Shown in pieces: positions 18,029 through 29,092 of a stretch of 64,000 bases of DNA (positions are counted from its first letter, which is position 1; every line of letters starts with the position of its first letter). A program made the translations under genes and the position numbers. The notes below the pieces were generated by a model. It searched no databases. It was not told the origin of the DNA and worked only from the letters and a program-made list of their open reading frames with translations. The DNA is from Verrucomicrobiota bacterium (GTDB taxonomy: Bacteria; Verrucomicrobiota; Verrucomicrobiia; Limisphaerales; CANJSG01): contig JBBQXJ010000003.1 of assembly GCA_038209745.1 (NCBI GenBank), positions 38,171 to 102,170 of the forward strand, read 5' to 3'.

Positions 18029-18448
18029 ATGCCCAAGAAACCTACATCCCGCCGCCGCCTGACCCGCAAGCAGCAGCGTGATATCGACATCGAGATCGGC
18101 TTCCTGGAGGGACTCGTCCGGCGCGATCCCGAATACGTGGAGGCCTTGGAGATTCTCGGTGACGGCTACACCAAGCGCGGGCGCTTCGAAGAGGGGCTTG
18201 GCATCGACCAACAGCTCGTCGCCCTGCGTCCGACCGATTCCGGGATGTGCTTCAATCTCGCCTGCAGCCTCTCCCTGACCAAGCGACTGGACGAAGCCCT
18301 GAACGCCCTGCGCCAGGCGATCCAGTTTGGCTACAGGGACTTCGAATGGCTTCTGAAGGATCCGGACCTCCGCCGTGTCCGCGAGGACGAGCGGTTCGCG
18401 GTCATCCTCGCATTGATCGAAGGTGAACTTTCGCAGCAGGGCTCCTAG
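18029..18448 (+). CDS. small TPR-like protein
   Basis: 139 aa from the ATG at 18029. Basic N-terminus, then YVEALEILGDGYTKRGRFEEGL and FNLACSLSL helix pairs. Confidence 0.6.
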   Translation: MPKKPTSRRRLTRKQQRDIDIEIGFLEGLVRRDPEYVEALEILGDGYTKRGRFEEGLGIDQQLVALRPTDSGMCFNLACSLSLTKRLDEALNALRQAIQFGYRDFEWLLKDPDLRRVREDERFAVILALIEGELSQQGS

Positions 18449-18457
18449 CCTGCGCGC

Positions 18458-19585
18458 ATGATCGTCCAGCATGGCGGCCAGTCCCGCCACTACCGCACCG
18501 TTACGTTCGACACGGAGGCGAACGAGCTCTGCCTGATCGAGCAGCGCCTCCTCCCGCACGAGTTCGTCCTCGTCCGCACCCGCACCTTCCGCGAAACCGC
18601 CGCCGCCATCCGCGACATGGTGGTGCGCGGCGCCGGCGCCATCGGTGCGACCGCCGCTTACGGATTGGCCCAGGGCGCGCTCGCCTTTCGGGGGAAGGAT
18701 CCGGGGCGTTTCGCCGACCACATGGAGAAGGTTTTCCAAGCCTTGAAGGACGCCCGTCCCACCGCCGTGGATCCGGTGAATGCCATGCTCGATGTCCGAC
18801 GGGCGATGCTCCCCGGCGAGACCGTCGTCGAACAGCAGGCCTTGGCCGTCGCCGCCGCCGAGGGCTTTGCCAACGAAGACGTGGATCATTGCCGCGCCAT
18901 CGGGAAACACGGAGCGAAGCTGATCCGCAACGGCATGAACGTGCTCACGCATTGCAACGCCGGTTGGCTTGCTTTCGTGGACTATGGCAGCGCCACGGCT
19001 CCGATGTATGCGGCCCAGGAAAAGGGGCGGTCCTTCCACGTTTTTTGCGATGAAACCCGCCCCCGCAGCCAAGGCGCGACCCTCACCGCCTGGGAGTTGG
19101 CCCAGCAGGGCGTTCCGCACCACATCATCGCGGACAACGCCGCCGGCCATTTCATGCAGCGCGGCGAGATCGACCTCGTCATCGTCGGCAGCGACCGCAC
19201 TCTCGGCCGCACGGGCGAAGTGGCCAACAAGATCGGCACCTACACCAAGGCTGTTTTGGCCCACCGGCACGGGATCCCGTTCTACGTCGCCATCCCGCTT
19301 TCGACCCTCGATTGGAGCCTTCGTCGCGGTTCGGACATCCCCATAGAAGAACGGCACGAGAGCGAAGTGCTCGGGGCCTGGGGCGTTGTGGCAAAACCCA
19401 ATGCCGGGAGCCGCAGTCTGACGGGAGGAGAACGCGCCTACGTGCGGGTCGCCAACCCCGGCAGTCCGGGGCGCAATCCGGCCTTCGATGTCACGCCGGC
19501 CGAGCTGGTTACCGGCATCATCACTCCGGTGGGAATCTTCAAGCCCGGCGAATTGTGGACCAATCGGGCCCGCTTGGGGCGATGA
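18458..19585 (+). CDS. mtnA: S-methyl-5-thioribose-1-phosphate isomerase
   Basis: 375 aa. VRGAGAIGATAAYG, THCNAGWLA, VGSDRT...GEVANKIGTY and NPAFDVTPAELVTGIIT. Confidence 0.9.
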   Translation: MIVQHGGQSRHYRTVTFDTEANELCLIEQRLLPHEFVLVRTRTFRETAAAIRDMVVRGAGAIGATAAYGLAQGALAFRGKDPGRFADHMEKVFQALKDARPTAVDPVNAMLDVRRAMLPGETVVEQQALAVAAAEGFANEDVDHCRAIGKHGAKLIRNGMNVLTHCNAGWLAFVDYGSATAPMYAAQEKGRSFHVFCDETRPRSQGATLTAWELAQQGVPHHIIADNAAGHFMQRGEIDLVIVGSDRTLGRTGEVANKIGTYTKAVLAHRHGIPFYVAIPLSTLDWSLRRGSDIPIEERHESEVLGAWGVVAKPNAGSRSLTGGERAYVRVANPGSPGRNPAFDVTPAELVTGIITPVGIFKPGELWTNRARLGR

Positions 19586-19710
19586 ATCCGGCCCATTCTC
19601 GCTGAACAACGTCCCGGAAACCTTCGTCTGACACGGGTTGGATGACGGGCGTTGAAAGTCCCGGTTCGATCCGTTTTGTTGCTCGAAGCATCCAGAAGAC
19701 TGCAAAAAGC

Positions 19711-19734
19711 CAATTGCACGTATACGTATGATTG
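19711..19734. promoter_or_regulatory. palindrome upstream of the efflux operon (candidate operator)
   Basis: Perfect 10-bp palindrome ACGTATACGT at 19718-19727, inside an imperfect 24-bp dyad (caattgcACGTATACGTatgattg). It lies 22-45 nt upstream of the adaptor ATG. Confidence 0.35.
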
Positions 19735-19755
19735 CCTAGGTTGCGCCATATTCGC

Positions 19756-20982
19756 ATGAGTAAACTGATAACAAGTCTGGTGGTGGCCGGCGTCCTGGCG
19801 GGCAGCGGCTTTGTTGCCTGGAAAAAGTGGGGCGGTGCCGCGATGCCAGCCCAAACCGCGGGTCGGATGCCCTCCACCGCCGTGGCGGAGAAGCGCGACA
19901 TCAGCTTCGCCATCAATGTCGCCGGCGACATTGGTCCGGCCGACCAGGTGTCCGTGCGGCCGGAGGTCAACGGCAAGATCGACAAGCTGCCGGTGGACAT
20001 CGGCGACCCGGTCAAGAAGGGCGAGTTGCTTTTCAGCCTCGACGACAAGGATCTCCAGATCGGGCGCCAGCAGCAAAACGCGCAGATCGACGGCTCGAAA
20101 CTGTCGCTCAAGGGCGCACAGGTAGTGCAGGACCAGGCCGAAAGGAACTTCGCCCGCTCGAAGCAGCTGTTCGGAGAACGGCTGGTCTCCCAGGAAGTCT
20201 TCGACGATTCCAAGACCACGCTGGACAGGGCCAAGAACGACGTTGCTTTGGCGGGAAACAGTTTGCTGCGCTCCGAGAAGGAACTCGCGCTGGTCGACGA
20301 GCGCCTGACCAAGACCAGGATCTTTGCTCCCTTCGACTGCACCATCCTGACCAGGCCGGTCTCGGTCGGGCAGGCGGTTTCGGGCTCCGGCGGTTTCAAC
20401 AGCGGCACCGAAGTGCTGACCATCGCGAACCTGACCGACCTCGTGATCAACGCCCACGTCAACCAAGTGGACGTCACCCGGCTTTTCGTGAACCAGGACG
20501 TCGACATCCAGATCGACTCGGTGCCCGGCCTGAAGCTCAAGGGGCTGGTGGACCGCATCGCCCCGCAGGCGACGATCAAGAACCAGATCAAGGGCTTCGC
20601 CTGCCGCATTTCCCTGAAGTCGGTGGACCCGCGCGTCCGGCCCGGCATGACGGCCAATATTTCCATACCCGTATCCTCGGCCGCCAATGTCGTCACCGTG
20701 CCGCTTTCCGCTGTGTTCACCGAGCAGGACGGACGCTTCGTCTACGTGAAGCGTGCCGACGGAATGTTCGAGAAACGCCCGGTCCGCATCGGCGTCTCCG
20801 ACTTTTTCAGGGCGGAAGTGCAGGAGGGACTGACCGGTGGAGAAGACGTCTCGCTGGAGCCTCCCGGAGCCCGTGCCGTTGAAGCGGCCGGAGCCGGTGG
20901 CAAAGGAAAGACGGCCGGCAAGAACGCAGCGGGAGCCCGCACCAGCCTGGGCGTCGCCACGGTCCGTTCCGCCAAAGGTTGA
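19756..20982 (+). CDS. efflux periplasmic adaptor subunit (HlyD/MacA-like)
   Basis: 408 aa. N-terminal TM anchor, lipoyl and coiled-coil hairpin region (LFSLDDKDLQI..., LDRAKNDVALA) and a beta-barrel tail. Confidence 0.85.
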   Translation: MSKLITSLVVAGVLAGSGFVAWKKWGGAAMPAQTAGRMPSTAVAEKRDISFAINVAGDIGPADQVSVRPEVNGKIDKLPVDIGDPVKKGELLFSLDDKDLQIGRQQQNAQIDGSKLSLKGAQVVQDQAERNFARSKQLFGERLVSQEVFDDSKTTLDRAKNDVALAGNSLLRSEKELALVDERLTKTRIFAPFDCTILTRPVSVGQAVSGSGGFNSGTEVLTIANLTDLVINAHVNQVDVTRLFVNQDVDIQIDSVPGLKLKGLVDRIAPQATIKNQIKGFACRISLKSVDPRVRPGMTANISIPVSSAANVVTVPLSAVFTEQDGRFVYVKRADGMFEKRPVRIGVSDFFRAEVQEGLTGGEDVSLEPPGARAVEAAGAGGKGKTAGKNAAGARTSLGVATVRSAKG

Positions 20983-20988
20983 AGCGCC

Positions 20989-21699
<711 letters not shown>

Positions 21700-21714
21700 G
21701 GGCCTGATTTTAGC

Positions 21715-23070
21715 ATGGACCTTTGGATGGCCATTTCAGTCGGGTTGAAGGAGATCTGGGCGCACAAGTTCCGCTCACTTCTCACGATGCTCGGCATCAT
21801 CCTCGGGGTCGCCAGCCTCGTGGCCATGTCCGCGCTGGTGCGGGGCATGGAGAACGGCATGAAGGAAGCCTTCGTGGCCATCGGCGGGCTCGAGCGCATC
21901 CAGGTCGTCCAGAACGACCAGCTCCCGCCCTCCCAGATGCATCTGGCGGACCAGGCCGTGGGCAACACCATGAACGACGTGACGGCCATCAGGGCGAACG
22001 TCCCCTACGTGAACCTGATCGTCCCGGAGATCCGATTGCGCGGCATCAACGCGCGGAAGGGCGGCAAGTCCATGTTCACATGGATGGTGCTCGGCACCAC
22101 GCCCGAGTATTTGGAGATCAGCCAACATCACGTCGCGCAGGGACGGATGTTCAACGAGATCGACAACGAGATGGCGCGCAGCGTCTGCGTCATCGGGACC
22201 TTGGTGCGGGACGAACTGTTCGGGACCCCCGAGGAAACGGGCCATCCCTACGATCCAGTCGGCGAAGTCATCTATCTCAACCGCCAGCCGTTCACCGTGG
22301 TCGGCATGTTCGACCACTACGAAAGCGCCCAGGAGAAGAAGCAGCGCGAATACTTCGAGCTCCATCCGGAGGAGAAGCCGAAGGGCTCCGGCCGCGGACG
22401 GCGTCCGCGCGGGACCAGCTTTGTCTTCCACATGAAGAACATGACGATCCTCATGCCCTTGAACACGGCCATGATGAACTTCAGGTCCGCGACGGGCACG
22501 AACAGCCTCCCGGACTACACGCTCAGCACCATCAACCTCCGGATCGACCGTTTCGAATCCCTCGAACCCGCGCTCGGCCAGATCAGGAACGTGCTCATGT
22601 CCGTCCACAAGGGCATCGAGGACTTCGGCTTCATGACCCAGGAGGACTGGGCCGAGCGGATCAAGGTCAACATCCAGAACTCCCGTGTGAGCGGCGGCCT
22701 CATCGCCGCGATCAGCCTTTTGGTCGGCGGCATCGGCATCATGAACATCATGCTGGCCAGCATCACGGAACGCGTCCGCGAGGTCGGCCTGCGCAAGGCC
22801 GTCGGCGCGACCGGTCCCGACATCTTCGTCCAGATCCTCGTGGAAAGCGTGGTCATCGCCATCCTCGGCGGCCTGGCCGGGTTGGTCGCTTCGATGGGAC
22901 TGGTCGAAGTGTTGAAGCTCGTTTCCCCGACGGACAATTCGCCGGAAATCACCGTGACCGCGTTGGCGATCGGTTTTGCCGCGAGCGTCGCTGTCGGGAT
23001 TCTGGCGGGGCTTTATCCGGCGGTGAAGGCCAGCCGACTGGAACCCATGCAGGCCCTGCGCTACGAGTAG
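21715..23070 (+). CDS. ABC transporter permease, FtsX/MacB-type with periplasmic core domain (paralog 1)
   Basis: 451 aa. FRSLLTMLGIILGVASLVAM at the N-terminus and GGIGIMNIMLASITERVREVGLRKAVGA in the FtsX region. Confidence 0.9.
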   Translation: MDLWMAISVGLKEIWAHKFRSLLTMLGIILGVASLVAMSALVRGMENGMKEAFVAIGGLERIQVVQNDQLPPSQMHLADQAVGNTMNDVTAIRANVPYVNLIVPEIRLRGINARKGGKSMFTWMVLGTTPEYLEISQHHVAQGRMFNEIDNEMARSVCVIGTLVRDELFGTPEETGHPYDPVGEVIYLNRQPFTVVGMFDHYESAQEKKQREYFELHPEEKPKGSGRGRRPRGTSFVFHMKNMTILMPLNTAMMNFRSATGTNSLPDYTLSTINLRIDRFESLEPALGQIRNVLMSVHKGIEDFGFMTQEDWAERIKVNIQNSRVSGGLIAAISLLVGGIGIMNIMLASITERVREVGLRKAVGATGPDIFVQILVESVVIAILGGLAGLVASMGLVEVLKLVSPTDNSPEITVTALAIGFAASVAVGILAGLYPAVKASRLEPMQALRYE

Positions 23071-23076
23071 AAGACG

Positions 23077-24438
23077 ATGCTCCTGTTCAACGCCATGATG
23101 GTCGGTCTGAAGGAGATCTGGGCGAACCGGTTCCGCTCCATGCTCACCATGCTCGGCATCATTCTCGGCGTCAGCAGCCTGGTGGCCATGTCCGCCGTGG
23201 TGAAGGGCATGGAGAACGCCATGAAGGAGTCGCTCATCGCCATGGGCGGTCTCGACAAGGTGACCTCCGACGAGCAGGAGGTTCCGGTTGAACAGCAGCA
23301 CCTCGCCGATCAAGCGGTGAAGCGCTCCATCCGCGACGTCATGGCCCTCAAGAACACGGCGGGCATGCTCAAGCTGGTTTCGCCGGAGATGGAGCTGAAT
23401 CGCGCCATCATCACCCGCGGCGAGAAGTCCGCCCGTCCCTCGGAACTCGTCGGAGTCTGGCCCGCCGTGCTGGACATGAACCTGCACACGCTGCAATACG
23501 GCCGCTTCTTCACCGACCTCGACGAGGAACTCGCCAACCCGGTGATCGTCATCGGCACCGGCATCCGCGACGAGCTGTTCGGGTCTCCTGAAGACACCGG
23601 CAAGACGATCGTGCCCATCGGCGAGGTCGTCCAGGTCAACGACCAGTCCTTCACCATCGTGGGGATGTTCGAGCACTACGAGGGCGAGGAAGACCGGAAG
23701 ATGCGCTTGGAGATGGAGCGTCGGGCCAAGGAGACCAAGGTGGCTGGCGCCGTGGAGCGGCGGCGTGGTTGGGGCAGCAAGCGCTGGAGCCCGTTTTACC
23801 GGAAGAACATGACCGCCTACATCCCGCTCAACACGATGTGGCTGCGGTTCCGCTCCGCCAATGGTAACGACAGCGTGCCCGATCCTTCGCTGACCGCGCT
23901 GGACGTCAAGGTGCGCGACCTGACCCGGATCGACGAATCTCTCCAACAGGCCAAAAACGTGATGATGATCACGCACAACGGCGTGGAGAACTTCAGCTTC
24001 AACACGCAGGAAGGGAACATCGAGGAGATCGACACCAACATCCGCAACGCCCGCCGCTCCGGTGGACTCATCGCCGGCATCGCGCTTCTGGTCGGTGGCA
24101 TCGGCATCATGAACATCATGCTGGCGAGCATCACCGAGCGCATCCGCGAGATCGGCATCCGCAAGGCGATCGGCGCCGGCACCGCCGCCATCTTCCTCCA
24201 GATCCTGGTGGAGAGCGTGGTCATCTCCGTGTTCGGCGGAGTCCTCGGGGTCTTCTGCTCCTACGGCTTTGTTGATCTTCTCAGTTGGCTCACTCCCAGC
24301 CAGACGACGCCGGAAGTGACGATCGGTTCATTGATCATGGCCTTCTGCTTCAGTGTCGGGGTGGGCATCATCGCCGGGATCACGCCCGCCATCAAAGCCG
24401 CCCGGCTCCATCCCATCCAGGCGTTGCGGTTCGATTGA
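23077..24438 (+). CDS. ABC transporter permease, FtsX/MacB-type (paralog 2)
   Basis: 453 aa with the same architecture and motifs (GGIGIMNIMLASITERIREIGIRKAIGA). Starts 6 nt after paralog 1. Confidence 0.9.
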   Translation: MLLFNAMMVGLKEIWANRFRSMLTMLGIILGVSSLVAMSAVVKGMENAMKESLIAMGGLDKVTSDEQEVPVEQQHLADQAVKRSIRDVMALKNTAGMLKLVSPEMELNRAIITRGEKSARPSELVGVWPAVLDMNLHTLQYGRFFTDLDEELANPVIVIGTGIRDELFGSPEDTGKTIVPIGEVVQVNDQSFTIVGMFEHYEGEEDRKMRLEMERRAKETKVAGAVERRRGWGSKRWSPFYRKNMTAYIPLNTMWLRFRSANGNDSVPDPSLTALDVKVRDLTRIDESLQQAKNVMMITHNGVENFSFNTQEGNIEEIDTNIRNARRSGGLIAGIALLVGGIGIMNIMLASITERIREIGIRKAIGAGTAAIFLQILVESVVISVFGGVLGVFCSYGFVDLLSWLTPSQTTPEVTIGSLIMAFCFSVGVGIIAGITPAIKAARLHPIQALRFD

Positions 24439-24515
24439 CGCGCTTCGGCGGAACGGGGCGTTCCCAATTTTCACCGCGGTAGGCAACCCGGGTCGGTGTC
24501 TTTGGCCGGCGACTC

Positions 24516-25000
24516 GTGCGGTCTTTTGTGACTCAACCCCGGGTCCCATGGAGCCGCCCCGCTTTTGTGCGTCCCGCTCGTTTCCTCTCCTCCCTCGCCG
24601 TCGTGGGCTTGATCGCCATGACTTCCTGCCGGGCCTCCGCGACTGCGGACGATCACGGCAAAGCCGTTGCCGCAGCGGCCGCCAAGGCGTGGGCTCGGAT
24701 GTTTGAGATTCTCGCGCGAATCCTTCCGCCGACCTTTCCCGACCGTGATCGCGACATGACGAAGTTCGGGGCGGAGGGCGCCGACACGACCGATTGCACC
24801 AAGGCCCTTGCCGACGCCATCGCGGCCTGCCATCGAGTGGGAGGTTGGTGGTGCCACAGGCGTCTCCGATCCCAGGAAGTATCTGCCCGTCGTCTTAACG
24901 CGCATCGAGTGCAGGGAAGTGACGAACCGCTCGCCCCTGATCGACGCCTTCGAGCCGGAGAACGTCGCCAATGGCCCCTTCGAAGTTTCAGTCAAGAAAC
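24516..25000 (+). pseudogene. degraded glycoside hydrolase family 28-like (pectate-lyase-fold) gene remnant
   Basis: Frame 1 gives WARMFEILARILPPTFPDRDRDMTKFGAEGADTTDCTKALADAIAACHRVGG. After a frame change and an apparent deletion of about 35 aa, SDPRKYLPVVLTRIECREVTNRSPLIDAFEPENVA follows. No homology is visible beyond that. Confidence 0.5.
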
Positions 25001-25319
25001 CCGGCGACGTGGTCACGAACGCCGCCCGCATCCGCCTGTTCGGCAACACCGGTTTCAACGCCGGACAGTGGATTCCGCAGAGACATCTTTCGTTGTTCAA
25101 GCTCGGGAGCCGCTCGCCAAACGTCGGTGGTGGGACTCGATCGGCATTTCGATTTCATCATGGGGCTTTTCTTCGGGTTTCCTGTTGCCTCAAGCGTGGG
25201 TCGATGGTCGGCTTTGGTCGTTCCAGGAGGAGACCGCGTCAACCGCTCGCAACAGATCGGGAGGACGGGGGACTCTCGGTCGGTCGTTCACACCCGGCTC
25301 TCCCTTGGACGTTGTAACA

Positions 25320-25706
25320 ATGAATCGTTTATCGAGGCAGGAGCACGGCAATCGCACCGTCTTTGGGGTTTTCAGCGCCATGGCGTTTGCCATCGCCGGG
25401 GCGATCTTGAACTTCGGCGGCCATGGACCGTTCAAGGCCTCGGAATGGACGATGGTCTTCGTGCCCGTTCTGCCGTTGCTGGCCTTTGGCTGCTCCCATC
25501 TGGCGCGGTATCGCGGCTATTCCAGCGGCGTCTCCTATGGCTTGATCTTCCTGGTGATCGCGGGTGCGGCGTTGGCCACCCCGATCTTGTCGGCCTCCAC
25601 CTTCGGAGTCGTCGTCATTGCCGCTTCGGCTGTTCCGCCGTTGATCCTCATGACGCTCAACGTCCGTCCCGGCAATTTCCGCAGCGGCCGGGAAAACAAG
25701 AAGTAG
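25320..25706 (+). CDS. hypothetical small membrane protein (about 4 TM)
   Basis: 128 aa from the ATG at 25320 with four hydrophobic segments. No family recognised. Confidence 0.5.
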   Translation: MNRLSRQEHGNRTVFGVFSAMAFAIAGAILNFGGHGPFKASEWTMVFVPVLPLLAFGCSHLARYRGYSSGVSYGLIFLVIAGAALATPILSASTFGVVVIAASAVPPLILMTLNVRPGNFRSGRENKK

Positions 25707-25729
25707 GTTTTCCTTTCCATTTCCAGCTG

Positions 25730-26260
25730 ATCGCAATTCGTTGTTCGGCGTTGATTCAGAATCGTCCCCCACGCCGCGCCACCCGCCTGCTTTGGGGTGC
25801 TGAAATTCATAGGTGACCTTGGACAGGATCTCGCGACTGCGACCATCCGCATGTCCAAAGCGCCAGCGTTGCTCGACCTCTTCAGCACCCAGTCGATTCA
25901 GATCTCCCTTCCGCTGTTCGCCGCGAAGCTGTCGAAAATCGATCCAATGGCGGTTTCCTGATCGGCGGCTCAAGCCCGGTCAACGCCAGATCGGCTTTGC
26001 TTCGGGCAAGGATCGGCGCGATCCGCGCAAAGCCGCTCCAGACCGATTTCAAGCTGAACAACCGGGGTGAATCCCTGGCGCTCGCCCAGTCGGACGGGTG
26101 GACCGTCGCCCAGGGATCTATGCCAAAGCATCCTCCACAGCACGGTGCGGTGAACTTCGGTCTCGGTGATGGATTTCGAACGGCACCGGGCAGCACCGGG
26201 ATCCGCGCCGGATCCTCCACGGTCTTTGCACACCCGGCGCGCGGCCTCTCCGCGCATTCG
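25730..26260 (-). pseudogene. possible tyrosine recombinase (phage-integrase family) C-terminal remnant, frameshifted
   Basis: One frame gives ETEVHRTVLWRMLWHRSLGDG..RQGFTPVVQL, compared with ETGxRxxELxxLxWxDxD...R.VPL. A second frame gives DFRQLRGEQ...RFGHADGRS...TYEFQH, compared with HDLRHT...LGHSS...YxH. No start codon or N-terminal domain is present. Confidence 0.3.
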
Positions 26261-26420
26261 GTGGAAAGCGGCCGCGAATGGGAGCGCCCGGGCTCAGTGG
26301 AGCTGATCTTTCCCGGCGGCCGGCGCGGCTTCCAGGTCGACTGCGGACTCCCGGTCCAGGCCGGACCGGCAGAATCCGCAGCGGCGTGGGTGTCTTCGAT
26401 CCCTGTCTCTTCGCGCCGCG

Positions 26421-29081
26421 CTAAGCGACCGGCCCGATGCGGTTCAGCTTCAAGACCGGTTCTCCCGCCGTGCGCGATTCCGCAAGATCGACCGCGAACT
26501 CCGCCAGCCAGTCGTTGTGGCCTTCGGAATCCACCAGCACCTGCTGCGCGCGCCAGGTTTTGTTGTCGTCGGACGGGATCACATAAGTGTGCCGGGCGTT
26601 GCGGGCTTCCGGGTCGAGACGGAAGCGGCCGTGGTCGGCCATGTAGGCTTCCATCGCGACCTTCAGACGGGGAGCGGAAGCAAGAGCGGGCGCGGCCGGG
26701 TCGGCCGGCACTTCGTCGGCGCGCCATTCGATGAAGTCGCTCGCCGCCTCATAGTCTTCGTTCGAGAGCGCGCGGAGCAGGCTGAAGATCTTCGTGCGCA
26801 GGAGCACGGTGAAGGCTTTTGGATCCCGCGTGATGTCCTTGTCCGCTTCTTCAGCGCCGGGCGGACGCACCTCGGGCTTGGCTGCGGCGGGCTGGAACGA
26901 CGGGTTCCGCATCCGTTCCCATTCGTCCTCCAGGCTGGAATCGATCTGCCGGATCATCGTCTCCAGATACGTCTCCATCTCGCGGACGGTGTCGTTCTTC
27001 GCGGCGTCCGGCACGTTTTGGACGAGGATCTTGTGGGCGCGGGAAATGTGCCGCAGCAAGAGGCCTTCGGAACGGTGCAGTTCGTAGATCTTGATGTAGT
27101 CGGCGAAGCTGCGGAACTGCTCGAACATCTCCCGCACGATCGATTTTGGCCGGATGTTTTCCTGGCCGACCCAGGGATGTTTGTCGGCGAAGGCGTTGAA
27201 AGTCTCGTAGATGAATTCGCGCCGGGGCTTGGGGTATTCGAGCTTTTCGAGCTCTTCCATCCGCTGGTCGTATTCCATGCCCTGGGCCTTGAGCTCGCCG
27301 ATCTTCTCGCCCTTCACCTTGTCGAGTTGGCGGCGGAGGATCGCCTCCGGATTCTCCATGATCGACTCGACCAAGGTGATCAGATCCAGCGCGTAGTCGG
27401 GCGCTTCGGGATCGAGCAGGGGAAGGGTGTCCAGCAGGTAGAGCGACAGAGCCTGGTCCATCGAGAAGTCGTCCTGCAGCTCGACGTTGACCCGAAGCTT
27501 AGTGGCACCGGCGCCCCCGCCTGCCGTTCCTGTTTCGGGAGGCAAAACACTGCGGGCGGGGGCGCCCGCAGCACTGGCCACAGGCGAGGGTGCCTGTGCC
27601 ACTGCCACGATCTCCACGATCTTCCGGTCCACCAGGGATCGGAACAGCTGCCACGCCCGGTCGCGATGGCCTTTCTTTTGTCGCTCGGAATCGTGGGAGC
27701 GCCGGATCAGGTCGCGCATCGCGGCGCAACCGTCGCCGTCCCGGCTGAGGACGTTCAGCAGCATGCCGTGCGTCACTTGGAACCGTGAAACCAGCCGCTC
27801 CGGCAGGGCGGTGATCAGTCGTTCGAACGTCTTCTGGTCCCAGGCGACGAAGTTCTTGTCCGGCGCCTGGCGCTTCACGACCTTTTTGCCCGAGCTCTTC
27901 GACTTCTCGTCCAGCTTCCGGTTCTCGATGACGTGTTCCGGCGCCTGCGCCACGACCCAGCCGACATCGTCGAATCCCTTGCGGCCCGCGCGACCCGAGA
28001 TCTGGTGGAAATCCCGCGCGCTGAGGATCGCAACCTTCTCGCCGCTGTATTTGCAGAGCCGGGTGAAGAGCACGGTGCGGATCGGCACGTTGACGCCGAC
28101 GCCGAGGGTGTCCGTGCCGCAGATGATCTTGAGCAGGCCGCGTTGTGCGAGCTGCTCGACGAGGATGCGATACTTCGGCAGCAGACCGGCGTGGTGCAGA
28201 CCGATGCCGTGTTTGAGCCACTTCTTGATCTCGGGACCGTAGGGGCTGGTGAACTTGAAGTCGTAGAGCGCCTCGGCGATGGCGGCCTTCTCCTCCTTGG
28301 TCGCCACGTTGATGCTCGTGAAATCCTGCGCGCTCTGGGCGGCGTCGAGCTGGGTGAAATGGACGACGTAGACGGGCGCCTTCCCGGCCGCCGCCAGCCG
28401 CTCGACCGTGCCGGCCAATGGGTGCTCGGAATACTCGAACTCCAGCGGCACGGGCCGGTCCTTCGAGGAAACGATCGTGCTGGTGCGGCCGGTGATCCGG
28501 GTCAGTTCGTCGGCGAAGAACTGCGTCTCGCCCAGCGTGGCCGACATCAGGAGGAACCGTGTCTGCGGCAAGGTCAGCAGCGGCGCCTGCCAGGCCACGC
28601 CGCGTTCCTTGTCCGAGTAGAAGTGGAACTCGTCCATGACCACATCATGGACCCGGGCCTTGGGACCATCGCGCAGGGCGATGTTCGCCAGCACTTCGGC
28701 GGTGCAACAGAGGATCGGCGCCCCTTGGTTCACGGTGGCGTCGCCGGTCGACAGGCCCACGTTGTCGGGTCCGAATTCGCGGCAGAGCGCCAGCCACTTC
28801 TCGTTGACGAGCGCCTTGATCGGGCAGGTGTAGACGGAGCGGCGCCCGTTCGAGATCGAGGCGAAGTGCATCGCGGACGCGACGAGCGACTTCCCCGATC
28901 CGGTGGGGGTGTTGAGGATGACGTTGTGGTCCTCGAACAGTTCCAGGATCGCCTCCTCCTGCGCCGGGTAGAGGCTGAGGCTGCGGGCTTCGGTGTATTC
29001 CAGGAACTTGCCGAGCAGCTCGTCGCTGGTCGGTTTGGCGCCCTTGGGGATGAGGTCGTGGAGGGTTACGGACACGATCAA
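26421..29081 (-). CDS. Ski2-like DEAD/DEAH-box helicase with DUF3516-like C-terminal region
   Basis: 886 aa. Walker [13 protein letters not shown] box, [17 protein letters not shown] and [10 protein letters not shown], followed by a long helical C-terminal half. Confidence 0.9.
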   Translation of the reverse strand: MIVSVTLHDLIPKGAKPTSDELLGKFLEYTEARSLSLYPAQEEAILELFEDHNVILNTPTGSGKSLVASAMHFASISNGRRSVYTCPIKALVNEKWLALCREFGPDNVGLSTGDATVNQGAPILCCTAEVLANIALRDGPKARVHDVVMDEFHFYSDKERGVAWQAPLLTLPQTRFLLMSATLGETQFFADELTRITGRTSTIVSSKDRPVPLEFEYSEHPLAGTVERLAAAGKAPVYVVHFTQLDAAQSAQDFTSINVATKEEKAAIAEALYDFKFTSPYGPEIKKWLKHGIGLHHAGLLPKYRILVEQLAQRGLLKIICGTDTLGVGVNVPIRTVLFTRLCKYSGEKVAILSARDFHQISGRAGRKGFDDVGWVVAQAPEHVIENRKLDEKSKSSGKKVVKRQAPDKNFVAWDQKTFERLITALPERLVSRFQVTHGMLLNVLSRDGDGCAAMRDLIRRSHDSERQKKGHRDRAWQLFRSLVDRKIVEIVAVAQAPSPVASAAGAPARSVLPPETGTAGGGAGATKLRVNVELQDDFSMDQALSLYLLDTLPLLDPEAPDYALDLITLVESIMENPEAILRRQLDKVKGEKIGELKAQGMEYDQRMEELEKLEYPKPRREFIYETFNAFADKHPWVGQENIRPKSIVREMFEQFRSFADYIKIYELHRSEGLLLRHISRAHKILVQNVPDAAKNDTVREMETYLETMIRQIDSSLEDEWERMRNPSFQPAAAKPEVRPPGAEEADKDITRDPKAFTVLLRTKIFSLLRALSNEDYEAASDFIEWRADEVPADPAAPALASAPRLKVAMEAYMADHGRFRLDPEARNARHTYVIPSDDNKTWRAQQVLVDSEGHNDWLAEFAVDLAESRTAGEPVLKLNRIGPVA

Positions 29082-29092
29082 TTGGGTTCCTG

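Noticed and set aside
19663-19672. GGTTCGATCC T-loop-like sequence (possible tRNA)
   Set aside because: The flanking bases cannot form a T-stem (cccgg vs cgttt), and no acceptor or anticodon arms are present.
17168-19705. 845-aa minus-strand ORF spanning hpnA, the small TPR gene and mtnA
   Set aside because: It crosses three independently supported genes on both strands. Its composition is Arg/Gly/Ala-rich, with no domain signal.
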